This document shows, piece by piece, positions 35,572 through 44,673 of a stretch of DNA of 53,047 nucleotides. A program made the position numbers and the translations under genes. The notes beneath the pieces are model-generated. The model had not been told where the DNA came from. It ran no database searches and saw nothing but the letters and a program-made list of their open reading frames with translations. The stretch comes from a virus (lineage: Duplodnaviria > Caudoviricetes), in IMG/VR virus record IMGVR_UViG_3300021509_000001, positions 1 through 53,047 of that record; one strand, given 5' to 3'. Each line of letters starts with the position of its first letter. Position 1 is the stretch's first letter.

Positions 35572-36391
35572 CTTGCCTCCTTTCCAGCTTACGGAATCCG
35601 AGGGCCTCGGCTCGGCTCGAGTCATCGCAAATCAGCTCGTAAGGACAAGACCAGGCCAGACAAGCCCCGGGATTCCGGTAGATTCGACCTTCCTCGATTT
35701 CCCGGACCAGGACCGCCACGCGCTCGAGCGCGCGCCGGACGCGGTCCTCGGTCAGGACAATCGGAAACTGCACGATGTACTTCTCCTTGTTCTTGCTAAG
35801 CTCCTCTTCCCACCTCCTTCTAAATTGAACGGGACTCTCGCTTTTGCGTCCCCTAAGTGAAGCGCTCAAAGCCACCCACGCCGTCCTAATTTCTTCACCG
35901 GGCCACAGGTCCATCGCCGCGGCCCGGTACAGGGCAAGTTGATCGTCAAGCTCCCGCATCCGGTCGCAATCGGGGATTCTGGACACGGTTTTCCAGTCGA
36001 GGATTAGGACGTGGTCATCACGTCGGAGGACCAGGTCGAAGACGCCCACGAACTGGAACCGGACTCCGTCCACGTCCCACTTGAGGCCGAACCGCCGCTC
36101 GACGCCCAGGGTCTCGCCTTCCGGGATCTCGGTCGCCTCGACTAACGGCAAAGCCTTGGCTGCGATCCAGCGCCGCCGTTCGGGCGAGAGCGCGGACTCG
36201 GTTACGGCTCGGACGGTCGCGAGTTCGACGTCGTCTCCCTTCGCCTTCGCGGCCAGGCCCGCGTGGACGGCCCGGCCCAGCACGAGGGGCTCGGGATCCT
36301 CGGGCGGGAGCCAGCCTTCCCGGTAGCGGAGTTCCCAGCGCCTGCGGCACTGGGCGAACTCAGTCAGCTCCGAATAACTTACTTTGAGCAT
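35555..36391 (-). CDS. PD-(D/E)XK RecB/Cas4-like exonuclease
   Basis: SYSEL..F..C, G.AVH, GVFDLV..ILDWKT, QLALY, C-terminal C..SCPY..IC. Confidence 0.88.
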   Translation of the reverse strand: MLKVSYSELTEFAQCRRRWELRYREGWLPPEDPEPLVLGRAVHAGLAAKAKGDDVELATVRAVTESALSPERRRWIAAKALPLVEATEIPEGETLGVERRFGLKWDVDGVRFQFVGVFDLVLRRDDHVLILDWKTVSRIPDCDRMRELDDQLALYRAAAMDLWPGEEIRTAWVALSASLRGRKSESPVQFRRRWEEELSKNKEKYIVQFPIVLTEDRVRRALERVAVLVREIEEGRIYRNPGACLAWSCPYELICDDSSRAEALGFRKLERRQDGLEN

Positions 36392-36528
36392 GACTGAGCC
36401 TCCGCGTACTCGGCCTGCTTGCGGCACCAACTGGTCTTGGTCCAAGTGTCGCAGGCTTCGCAATAACACCAGCCGCAATCCATCTCTTCCACTTCAGCAC
36501 CGCACCTCGGGCAGATCAGCTTCTTCAT
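36379..36528 (-). CDS. 49-aa zinc-ribbon protein
   Basis: MKKLICPRCG...YCEACD; directly after a promoter-RBS cassette. Confidence 0.65.
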   Translation of the reverse strand: MKKLICPRCGAEVEEMDCGWCYCEACDTWTKTSWCRKQAEYAEAQSCSK

Positions 36529-36802
36529 CTCCTGCCTCCCTTCCACTTATAATATACACCCAGAACGGGCCTTTGTCAAGGGCGAAGGACAAATGTCCCT
36601 GAAGGCGTTTCGCAGCCAGCTCCGCGCTGCGCAAAGCCTGTTCGGGTTTGCCACCAGCGAGGGAAAATCGCATGAAAACGATTTGAGCGCGTTCCAGCCC
36701 ATATCCTTCCAGCACCATCACGAGATTCTCGACTGCCCGATACAACTCCTGACGATCCCCTTCCGCTTTCGCCCGCTTTGCTACCTCTACCAGCTCGTTC
36801 AT
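36494..36802 (-). CDS. Hypothetical protein
   Basis: Starts at cassette copy 2. Confidence 0.65.
   Translation of the reverse strand: MNELVEVAKRAKAEGDRQELYRAVENLVMVLEGYGLERAQIVFMRFSLAGGKPEQALRSAELAAKRLQGHLSFALDKGPFWVYIISGREAGDEEADLPEVRC
36526..36579 (-). promoter_or_regulatory. Promoter-RBS cassette, copy 1
   Basis: TTGACA-17-TATATT-ATAAGTGGAAGGGAGGCAGGAG-ATG. Confidence 0.8.
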
Positions 36803-36852
36803 CTCTGCCTCCCTTCCACTTATAATATACTACTTTCTGGGCAGGTTGTCAA
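36800..36852 (-). promoter_or_regulatory. Promoter-RBS cassette, copy 2
   Basis: TTGACA-17-TATATT-ATAAGTGGAAGGGAGGCAGAG-ATG. Confidence 0.8.
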
Positions 36853-36895
36853 GGGGGCGGGTGCCACCTCCTGGGCAGGTCATATGAGCAGGCCC

Positions 36896-36924
36896 TTGAC
36901 TTATCGCCATGGCCATGCTATAAT
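36896..36924 (+). promoter_or_regulatory. Divergent sigma70 promoter (extended -10)
   Basis: TTGACT-17-TATAAT with TGn. Confidence 0.75.
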
Positions 36925-36933
36925 ATAACTGCC

Positions 36934-37125
36934 ATGAAGAAAGACGGTGCTTACTGGCAAGCTCGTATTCGCAAAGCGCGTGCGCGTTGGCTTCGTGGGG
37001 AGATCACGCTTGAGGAGCTATATGCCATCGTGGACGAGTATATCGCTGCCTTAAAGGAGTATCGCCGCCGGACTGGCAAGAAGTTCCGCATTCCGTCACG
37101 CGGGTATATCCTCCGCGCCTTCTAG
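36934..37125 (+). CDS. Small basic hypothetical protein
   Basis: Near-leaderless start after the promoter. Confidence 0.65.
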   Translation: MKKDGAYWQARIRKARARWLRGEITLEELYAIVDEYIAALKEYRRRTGKKFRIPSRGYILRAF

Positions 37126-38080
37126 CTCAAAGCCACCTACTTCCACTGGCCCGCAGTCTTCCACAGCCTTGTGCCAGTCTCCTTTGACAAAGACTAGAAC
37201 ATTCTGATGTGTTTTCCCAAGCTTTCTAGCCGAAGAGAATTGTCGCCCCACGCGTATTGGCAAGCTACCAGCAGGCGTTACTAGAATGGCCTCATTGTAT
37301 AGCTTAGCTCCTGCGTCCTGAAAAGCCGCGATAGTGTCGCTTACGAAGTTACGGTAGTAGCCCCTCTCATCTCTGATGTCGCCAACTACGAAACAAGCAA
37401 AGCGGTTTGGTTTCAGCTCGGCAGCTTGCCGATAACCTCTCTGTCGCTCTGGCGCTCCCTGGAGCGCCAGAAGATCCTCCCCACGCCCCAGCTCGCTCTG
37501 TATTCCCAACGCCAACCATGCCCGCTTGCGCTCCTGCCAGTACCCTTTCCTGGCATCCAGAACGCTGAATGGTGGCACTACAAAGCGGTCTGTTAGACTA
37601 CCGCTCTTGACAGCCTTCTCCTCATTCTCTTCATCCAAATCGATATCAGGAAGATCATCTAGGTCGAATCCGGTCAACTCCAGCTCGAAATCTGCTTCCT
37701 GCAGTTCTGCTACCAACTCTCTCAACCGCCCAAAATCCCATTCGGCGAGGAGCGCCGACTGGTTGTCCATCAGGGCGTAACCGGTCGCCGTGGCGGGGTC
37801 ATCTTCCACGAACACCGCCGCGATGCGTTTCCAACCCAATTCCTTGGCAGCCCGCCACAGGCCATTGCCCGCAATGATGCGGTTGTCTTCGGACCGGTTG
37901 ACCACGATGGGCTTCCGCTGCCCGTAAGCCGAGAGGGACCGCTTCAGGGCTTCCACGTTGCGGGGCGGGTGGACGCGCGCATTCCCCGGGTCCGGCCGGA
38001 CGGAGTCGATCGGGACGGCCAACGGCCGCAAAGGCTCTATTATCTTTTCCCCGTTCGGCTTTCGCGCCTTTTCGCGCCAT
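37096..38080 (-). pseudogene. ParB-N / DNA-methyltransferase fusion with internal deletion
   Basis: ParB-N (PDPGNARVH, YGQRKPIVV, IIAGNG); MTase-flanking segments present but no DPF.G.G or PPY motif; RBS-led ATG 38080 is out of frame. Confidence 0.6.
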
Positions 38081-38237
38081 GGGGACCTCCCGCGATTTTC
38101 GGTGTCGCTTCCGGATTTTATCCTCCGGAAGGGCGGCCCGCCAGGCGCGGCGAAGGGAAACGCAAGGCCCGGCATTTCGGCCGGGCCTTGCCACTTCCGC
38201 GGGGCGGCTTTATAATCGCCCTCAGGAGGTGATTCCC

Positions 38238-38555
38238 GTGGAAGAGTATACTACAGAGCAAGCGGAAAAGCAAGAGGGGAGGATCTCGGTCCTCCCTTTT
38301 GTGTTGGAGCAACTAGAGCCGCTCCTAGGCGAGATCCTCGAAAAGCTCACCTGGCTTTCATTGCAGTACAACCGGACGGAACCCGCCATCGAAGAGCAAT
38401 TGATCAGGCTGGAAGACGCGATAGGCAGCCAAGCCGAGGACATATACGAGTTGAAAAGGGAAATAGAAAATTTGAAACGGGAGCTAGGCCTGGCACGAAA
38501 AGACCAGCCTCCCGAACCGAAAAAGAAGGTTCCGAAACCGAAAGGCTACGTTTAG
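38238..38555 (+). CDS. Hypothetical coiled-coil protein
   Basis: Promoter TTGCCA-17-TATAAT and AGGAGGT RBS. Confidence 0.7.
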   Translation: MEEYTTEQAEKQEGRISVLPFVLEQLEPLLGEILEKLTWLSLQYNRTEPAIEEQLIRLEDAIGSQAEDIYELKREIENLKRELGLARKDQPPEPKKKVPKPKGYV

Positions 38556-38567
38556 AAAGGAGTCTCA

Positions 38568-39797
38568 ATGGCAGAAGAAGGGAAAGCGATTTTCGAAGGC
38601 ACTGGCACCTCTTTCATTTATCGGTATCCGCCCGCGGAAGTCCGCATCAAAATTCGGATGCCGAAGATCCATTCCGATGGTCGGCTGACCGCGATATTGA
38701 GGTTCGAGACCGCGTCGGGCAGTCGAATCCCGGCGAGCGGAATCGTGAACCTGTCCGCGCCCAGGACAAGAGCGAGTTTGGCGAAAGATCTGGAAGACCA
38801 ATGCCCTACTGGAGTTTGGCCGTACATCTTGGACGATCTGTACCAACGATTAGAGACTGCATTATTAGAAGGAGAACCCGCCGAACTGATCCGCGCGGAC
38901 GCCGAAATCCTCGAAGTGCCTTATCTCGTCCGGCCCTTATTGCCTTGGCAAATGCCGACCGTGTTTTACGGCCCCGGCGGCGTCGGAAAAGGATGGCTGG
39001 CCCTGCTCATAGCCAAGGCCGTTACCACCGGTTTTCCCGCCCGGGGTTTGCCGGTCACCGTCGAGAGGACGGGTCCCGTCCTTTACCTCGACTGGGAATC
39101 CTCCCTCGAAGACATCCATGCCCGTTGGACGCGCATATGCCAAGACGATCCGAGTCGCGGGATCATCTACCGAAAGTGCGCGGGTCCGCTCATAAAAGAC
39201 CTCGAATACGTTCAAGGGTTGGTTTTGGAAAACGATCCCATCCTCGTGATAATAGATTCCGCCGGATTGGCCGCGGGAGGGGATCTGAACAAGGTCGAAT
39301 CCGCAACGGAATTCTTCAGGGCGGTCCGGGAACTGAAACGGACCGCGCTCATAATCGCCCACACGCCCAAGCACTCGGATTCCGTCTTCGGTTCGGTGTA
39401 TTTCACGAACCTTGCCCGCTCGGTTTGGGAAGTCCGGGCTGAGCCGAAAGAGGTCGAGGACGAACTCGTCATGGGCCTCGCCCACCGGAAATCCAACATA
39501 GGGCCTTTCCACAAACCTTTCGGGATCCTCTTGAAATTCCGCGATCGGTCGTTGGAGACGAGGCCCGCCAATCTGCAAGAGACCGAGACCTTGGCGAACT
39601 TGGAAGGCACGGCGAAAAGGATACTCTATTACCTCCGCCATGAAGGGAAAGCGTCCGTGAAGGATATCGCCCGCAGCCTGGGCGTGACGAACAAGACGGT
39701 GATGAACCATCTCTACACCCTGAAAAAGCTGAAGGCGGTCGTGAAGTTTCCCGACGGCCGGTGGGGCGCCCTGATCGAGGAGGAGGTTCCCTTTTGA
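38568..39797 (+). CDS. AAA_25/RepA-like replicative helicase with C-terminal winged HTH
   Basis: GPGGVGKG Walker A, VLYLDWE, LVIIDS, IIAH..K, FGS; C-terminal HTH. Confidence 0.85.
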   Translation: MAEEGKAIFEGTGTSFIYRYPPAEVRIKIRMPKIHSDGRLTAILRFETASGSRIPASGIVNLSAPRTRASLAKDLEDQCPTGVWPYILDDLYQRLETALLEGEPAELIRADAEILEVPYLVRPLLPWQMPTVFYGPGGVGKGWLALLIAKAVTTGFPARGLPVTVERTGPVLYLDWESSLEDIHARWTRICQDDPSRGIIYRKCAGPLIKDLEYVQGLVLENDPILVIIDSAGLAAGGDLNKVESATEFFRAVRELKRTALIIAHTPKHSDSVFGSVYFTNLARSVWEVRAEPKEVEDELVMGLAHRKSNIGPFHKPFGILLKFRDRSLETRPANLQETETLANLEGTAKRILYYLRHEGKASVKDIARSLGVTNKTVMNHLYTLKKLKAVVKFPDGRWGALIEEEVPF

Positions 39798-39808
39798 CAT
39801 GCGCAAAA

Positions 39809-39991
39809 CTTGCCCGGGGCAAATGCCCGGAGCGCGGGCAAAGGCCGCCCCGGGCATTGCCCGGCGAATCGCGGAAATGCAGACAGGAACGGTACCCTGT
39901 GCGGGCAGTCAGTCGGGCACGACTTGCCTGCCCGCTGGAAGGCCCCTTTTTAAGGGCCTTCCAGGCAGGGCAAGTTGCCCTGGGGCAAGTT
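39809..39991. repeat. Cluster of TGCCC/GGGCA direct and inverted repeats plus long hairpin (candidate origin)
   Basis: TTGCCCGGGGCAA and TTGCCCTGGGGCAA quasi-palindromes; CTGGAAGGCCC-8nt-GGGCCTTCCAG stem. Confidence 0.55.
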
Positions 39992-39999
39992 GATAGGTC

Positions 40000-40058
40000 T
40001 TGACAAGCGGGCGACAATGTTGTATATAGTAAGTGCGAGGAAAGGAGGCAGAGAAATG
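40000..40058 (+). promoter_or_regulatory. Promoter-RBS cassette, copy 3 (diverged)
   Basis: TTGACA-17-TATATA-GTAAGTG..AAAGGAGGCAGAGAA-ATG. Confidence 0.75.
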
Positions 40059-40244
40059 ATAGAGCGGCAGTTAATTTACACGTCTGGAACCGGATGCCGG
40101 ACTTGGCATGTTTTCGATCCGGCAACCGGTAAGTGCTGGATCGAGGAAGAGATCGGGTGGGATTGCAAGATCCAGAGACGCCCGTCTCCTCGACCGTGTC
40201 CCTACTGTCGGGAAAGGAGTGGAGATGGCCAAGATCAGCGCTAG
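40056..40244 (+). CDS. Small Cys-containing hypothetical protein
   Basis: Follows cassette 3. Confidence 0.6.
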   Translation: MIERQLIYTSGTGCRTWHVFDPATGKCWIEEEIGWDCKIQRRPSPRPCPYCRERSGDGQDQR

Positions 40245-40449
40245 AGGAGACCGGGAGCTGGAACGGGTGAAGTTCGCGGACGGCGCGACCTGTATCCTCA
40301 CGGAGAAGGGCCGGGTCCTGTTCAAGGACCCGGCGGACGGGAGGCTCCGTCTCATGGCGACCCGGAGCCAAGTTTTCGATCCGCGCGGCTTCTTCAACCG
40401 CCTCGTGAAGGCACGGTCGCGGCAAGTGGAGATCAAGGAGCGTCGCTGA
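40225..40449 (+). CDS. Hypothetical protein
   Basis: AAAGGAG RBS. Confidence 0.65.
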   Translation: MAKISARGDRELERVKFADGATCILTEKGRVLFKDPADGRLRLMATRSQVFDPRGFFNRLVKARSRQVEIKERR

Positions 40450-40643
40450 TGACAGAAGACCGAACCATCGCGGAAGCTATGATGGAGGACATAGCCTCTA
40501 TGGTCGACAGCCCTTTTGAATACGTCATGGTCTTGTGCGAGATTGGGTTCGGCAAAGTGTTCTCCGAGCGGAAGGCGGCGATCCGGATCTGGAACAGAGT
40601 CCATCCGGAGAAGAGGCTGCCTCTTCCGAGGAAGGAGGAATGA
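40449..40643 (+). CDS. Hypothetical protein
   Basis: Coupled start, AAGGAG RBS. Confidence 0.6.
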   Translation: MTEDRTIAEAMMEDIASMVDSPFEYVMVLCEIGFGKVFSERKAAIRIWNRVHPEKRLPLPRKEE

Positions 40644-40745
40644 TGAAGTGGGATGAAGACACCATTGTCGGTGGCTTGTGGTTCTTGGCTTTTCTGTTGT
40701 GGGCGGCCCTCGTCGGCTTGAGGCTGGCGGGTTGAGGAGGTGGAG

Positions 40746-41177
40746 ATGAGCTTACAGCCTAATTGCAGCGAACTGATCTTCTGGCTGGACGAGATCAATG
40801 AAGATCTCGACCCCAAAGAGGTCCTTCTCATGGCGGAGAGAGAGTTGCCGATCCTCAACGTGACCGAACCCGGGGCGGAAAGCCTTGAGTTCTTTGTCTT
40901 CGGAACTCAGGAAGAGAAGGAAAGAGCGGAAGAGCTCCAGGCCCAAACTGCCACCTCCGAAGAGCTATGGGACTTGTTAGTCGGAGAAGGGATCTATCCG
41001 GCATGCCTCAGCTTAGAAAAGAGAAGAGGCGTCATCTCCTATCATCAGCACTCCCAGTCGCAAGGGTACCCGGTCTTGGCTTGGCTCGAGGAGAAATTGG
41101 GTATCCAAGTGCGAGAAGACTACTCCGGCGGAAGCCTCGAGCCTTATCGAGAGTGGAAGGAGAGACATGCGGCCTAA
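40746..41177 (+). CDS. Acidic hypothetical protein
   Basis: GGAGGAGGT-like RBS. Confidence 0.7.
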   Translation: MSLQPNCSELIFWLDEINEDLDPKEVLLMAERELPILNVTEPGAESLEFFVFGTQEEKERAEELQAQTATSEELWDLLVGEGIYPACLSLEKRRGVISYHQHSQSQGYPVLAWLEEKLGIQVREDYSGGSLEPYREWKERHAA

Positions 41178-41865
41178 GTTCGAAGTCATCCATCTCGAAG
41201 TCTCGGGGCGGTGCCAGCTTGACTGTCCTTACTGTTATTCTAGGTCCGGGGCCGAAATGCCGGTCGGCGAGTGGCAGGCGTTGGTGAAAGAGCTCGCGCC
41301 TCTTACGAAACAATTCACGCTCGGAGGCGGCGAGCCTTTGCTCTACGGCGGCCTCGGGGACATCGTCGAAACGATACACGGGCTCGGCCTTCCCGTGAGC
41401 CTGACCACGAACGGCCTTCTTTTGGGCGCGAAACGCGACCTTGTCTCCGCTCTGGACGCAGTGTCGGTTTCGTACCACGGCGATTTGGAAGTGCTGCGGG
41501 AAGGCCTGGCCTCGCTCGAGCGGATGGGCGTCCAGCGCATGGTGAATTTCGTCATGCTGGACCGGGACAAGCCGCGCTTCGGAGAGATCCTGGAAGCTTG
41601 CAAAACCTTCGGGGCCGCGCTCGTCTTGCTCTCTCCCAAGCACACCGCGGAATACGACAAGGCCTGGTTCCTCGCCCGGGCGCTCGCGGCTCCGGGTATC
41701 CAAGTCGGTTTGGACGGGCTGGCCGTGGGGCGCTGCACGGCGGGGAACAGGTTCTTTACCGTGGCGAGTGATGGGCGATTTATGCAATGTTCTTTTGTGC
41801 GGGAACCTTGGGTGATTGGAGATCCAGTGCATGAATTCGGGTGTTGTCAGGAGGTGGCTACATGA
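41167..41865 (+). CDS. Radical SAM protein with twitch/SPASM-like C-terminus
   Basis: CQLDCPYC, GGGEPLL, TTNG, CTAG...DG....CSF. Confidence 0.9.
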   Translation: MRPKFEVIHLEVSGRCQLDCPYCYSRSGAEMPVGEWQALVKELAPLTKQFTLGGGEPLLYGGLGDIVETIHGLGLPVSLTTNGLLLGAKRDLVSALDAVSVSYHGDLEVLREGLASLERMGVQRMVNFVMLDRDKPRFGEILEACKTFGAALVLLSPKHTAEYDKAWFLARALAAPGIQVGLDGLAVGRCTAGNRFFTVASDGRFMQCSFVREPWVIGDPVHEFGCCQEVAT

Positions 41866-42164
41866 CTATCGCTGAACTGCTTCGGCGTCCGCGTCCCTGG
41901 AATTTCAAAGTTGAATTCCGATGGGATGCTTTTGAGACGAAAGTCTATGTTGACGGCGAGCCGCTGGAGAACTGTGCCGAAGTGAAGATCCGGGGCGGAG
42001 GCCGAACTCCAGAGATCGTCTTTGAAATTTGGGCATATGACCATGATTCCGACGGCGAGCCTTATAGTTGGTGTAAGGAGGTGACTGTGAAGTCCCATTT
42101 CGAAGGCACCTTGCAGGGTCGGGCGATCTCTTACAAGGAGGTTTGGGATGAAGTTGGGGAGTGA
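41862..42164 (+). CDS. Hypothetical protein
   Basis: AGGAGGT RBS; ATGA coupling. Confidence 0.65.
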   Translation: MTIAELLRRPRPWNFKVEFRWDAFETKVYVDGEPLENCAEVKIRGGGRTPEIVFEIWAYDHDSDGEPYSWCKEVTVKSHFEGTLQGRAISYKEVWDEVGE

Positions 42165-42450
42165 GCTGAAAGTTCCGTTTGAGCCTGGTGAGCTTGTGCA
42201 GACTCGAATTGGCGGAGAATCTGTCATCGGTGAAGTCAGGCGAGTTGAGGATGACGGAGTTGTGTTGCGTTGGGATTGCCCGAACGCTTGGCGACTTTGT
42301 TTTGCGCCTTGGTGGAGCGGGCTAACGCTTGTCAGACCTGCCATTCGCGGCTATCCTTACGAGCGGAAGGTGCCGGGCTTTGCTTGGGCCTGGTTCTGGA
42401 TTCGGCATTTCCCATACCGGCTATGGAGAGGACTAAGGTTCCGCCGATGA
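42148..42450 (+). CDS. Hypothetical protein
   Basis: AAGGAGG RBS. Confidence 0.6.
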   Translation: MKLGSELKVPFEPGELVQTRIGGESVIGEVRRVEDDGVVLRWDCPNAWRLCFAPWWSGLTLVRPAIRGYPYERKVPGFAWAWFWIRHFPYRLWRGLRFRR

Positions 42451-42725
42451 AAGAGAAGGAGTTCCTGCAGCAAGTGCGGGACCTGGCGAAGCTGTGCGGC
42501 TGGCTCGTCTACCATACCTACGACTCATGCCGCTCGCCGGAGGGCTTTCCCGATCTCGTGTTAGTCCGCGGAGACAAAGTAATTTTTGCAGAACTAAAGA
42601 GCGAGAAGGGGAGAGCGACGTCCGCGCAGCGAGGATGGCTTGACGCTTTGGAGAAGGTGCGGACGGTGGAAGCTTACTTGTGGAGGCCGAGTGACTGGGA
42701 CAGGATCATGGAGGTTTTGCAGTAA
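42447..42725 (+). CDS. VRR-NUC nuclease
   Basis: EKEF...V, GFPDLVL, FAELKSEKG....Q..W. Confidence 0.88.
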   Translation: MKEKEFLQQVRDLAKLCGWLVYHTYDSCRSPEGFPDLVLVRGDKVIFAELKSEKGRATSAQRGWLDALEKVRTVEAYLWRPSDWDRIMEVLQ

Positions 42726-42737
42726 AGGAGGTCTTTC

Positions 42738-43118
42738 ATGGGAATTGTTTTGATAGTCGGGGTGCCTTTCGGGTTAATTGGGCTTTATGCGCTATGGCAA
42801 AACTGGCGGTGGGGCGGAGAATCTGACAGAGTTTTTGGTGCCCTGCTCATTTTAGACGGTCTCCTTGCAGTGGTTTTCTTTGTCCTTGGAGTGAATCGGC
42901 TCGAAGAGAACGGGAAGATACAAGAGTTTCTGGCCATAAAAGCTACTGTCGAAGCAGCGAGGCAGAATGAGGATGTCTCCGAACTGGAACTGGCTGCCCT
43001 GCAACAGAAGGTCGTAGAGGCCAACAAGTGGCTTGCGTCCTCGCAGTACTATCGGAATCTGTTTTGGACCAGCGTTTTCTATCCGCCGGAGGTGCTCGAG
43101 CTGGAACCGATCAGATGA
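42738..43118 (+). CDS. Membrane protein
   Basis: Two hydrophobic helices; AAAGGAGGT RBS. Confidence 0.7.
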   Translation: MGIVLIVGVPFGLIGLYALWQNWRWGGESDRVFGALLILDGLLAVVFFVLGVNRLEENGKIQEFLAIKATVEAARQNEDVSELELAALQQKVVEANKWLASSQYYRNLFWTSVFYPPEVLELEPIR

Positions 43119-43294
43119 TGGCTTTCCTGATCTTTGCGGGAAGTTTCGCTGTGGCGGTAACCGTTTTCGCCGTTCTTTCTGACAAGGCGGAGCGGAGAGG
43201 AGAACTGCCTTTGTGGTGGGCTTATTTCTTTGCTCTGGCCGCGGTCATCGCTTGGCTGATCTTCTTCGCTGCGGTCATGGAAGCTTTCGGATAG
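43115..43294 (+). CDS. Small two-TM protein
   Basis: Hydrophobic; ATGA coupling. Confidence 0.55.
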   Translation: MMAFLIFAGSFAVAVTVFAVLSDKAERRGELPLWWAYFFALAAVIAWLIFFAAVMEAFG

Positions 43295-43354
43295 AATTGC
43301 TCGGGCAGATGGAATTCACAAGTCGGAGCGGGTAATGCGGAGGTGAAGGACGGA

Positions 43355-43957
43355 ATGGCCTGGGTCAAGTACGCCGCGCAGGTCGAGATAGCCCGCCAGC
43401 GCTACATCGAGGATCCCCGGAAGCCCACGATCCGGGAGCTGGCGGAAGAGCTCGGAGTGCCTGTCGAGTCTTTGTACAAGTATTCTGCAAAAGAGAAATG
43501 GCGAGAAAAGAGACGTGAGTACACTGAAAAAATGCTAGCAGAGACTCGCAAGCAACTCAGACAGGAAACTGCACAAGCCATAACCCGGAGCGAGGACTCC
43601 CGGGAAAAGTCGAAAGAAATTTTGCGATTTTTGCGCGACGGACTGACGAAAGCCTGGCAAGTCGCGCTCGCCCACATGGTCATGCCGAAGAATGCCAGCC
43701 CTGAAGAGAAGGCGGCCATCCTCCGTAGATGGGAGGAGCTTTCTCCTAACGAACTCCTGCGGTTCATCCACCAGGCCCCGAAGGCTTTGACGGACATCAT
43801 CAAGGCGCTCGAGCTCCTGGAAGGCGGGCCGACGGAGAGGTCGGAGAGCACGTTCTGGATCGAGGGCGAAGTGAAGGAGCGATTGAGCGACAAGGAGTTT
43901 CTCGAGGCGCTCGAGGAGTTTGCGAAGATGCGGAAGTTGAAGGTGGGGCTGTCGTGA
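43355..43957 (+). CDS. Terminase small subunit (probable)
   Basis: N-terminal HTH TIRELAEELGVP..SLYKYS..EKW, helical body, G.PTER; upstream of TerL. Confidence 0.65.
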   Translation: MAWVKYAAQVEIARQRYIEDPRKPTIRELAEELGVPVESLYKYSAKEKWREKRREYTEKMLAETRKQLRQETAQAITRSEDSREKSKEILRFLRDGLTKAWQVALAHMVMPKNASPEEKAAILRRWEELSPNELLRFIHQAPKALTDIIKALELLEGGPTERSESTFWIEGEVKERLSDKEFLEALEEFAKMRKLKVGLS

Positions 43958-44196
43958 GCGGAAGGAAGTGGAACAAACCTTGGATTCCTTGGCGGATCTT
44001 TCCTGATTGCGAGAATTGCGAGCATTGGGAATGGGCTGGCTGGGAGATTAAGGAAGACCATGAAGTCGGAAAGGGATGGTGCAGGTTAAAGGGAGAGAGG
44101 ACATACGAGCACGAATGTTGTATGGAGTGGGAGGACAGATGGGGCCGAGGGCTCAGGATGCAGTCCTGGGAAGACGAATGGAAGGGATCCCGGTGA
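43954..44196 (+). CDS. Cys/Trp-rich hypothetical protein
   Basis: CENCEHW..GWC..CC..WE. Confidence 0.55.
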   Translation: MSGRKWNKPWIPWRIFPDCENCEHWEWAGWEIKEDHEVGKGWCRLKGERTYEHECCMEWEDRWGRGLRMQSWEDEWKGSR

Positions 44197-44310
44197 AGCT
44201 GTTTCTGGGAAAGCCGAAAGAGGAGACTCAAGAGATCAACGAATGATCGAGGAGTTTATCAAGGTGGTTGAGCGGTTTGCAAAATTGCAAAAGCTGAAAA
44301 TGGGGTTGTC

Positions 44311-44673
44311 GTGAGCGAGGAGAAAGGCTTGCAGGTTTATTACTGCATCGAGACCGAAGAAGAAAGAGTAAAAGAGTTAGAGAAGGCTTTCGGGCGCCGT
44401 TTCTATCTTTCTGGTGATCCGGAGAGGATGTCTTACGCGTGGGCCGTAGAAGCAGTTTTCTGTTGCGAGGAGATGGAAAGGAATTGGAACGAGGAGTTCG
44501 TCTATTTCGACTTCAATTCGGATGGGGTTTTTGTGGGCGTGCGTCATCGCGAATCTTGGTACGATGGCGGAGAGATCGAGCGGGTAGTGCCGATAAGGTA
44601 CTGCCCGTGGTGCGGACGCGAGATCCGGTTGATTCGGGCGCCTTGCAATGAAGGGGAGAAAGATGCTCGTTAA
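44311..44673 (+). CDS. Hypothetical protein with zinc-binding Cys motifs
   Basis: CCEEM...IRYCPWCG. Confidence 0.7.
   Translation: MSEEKGLQVYYCIETEEERVKELEKAFGRRFYLSGDPERMSYAWAVEAVFCCEEMERNWNEEFVYFDFNSDGVFVGVRHRESWYDGGEIERVVPIRYCPWCGREIRLIRAPCNEGEKDAR

Noticed and set aside
35555-36391. Cas4 as evidence of a CRISPR system
   Set aside because: It sits in a Sak4-SSB recombination module; no array or other cas genes
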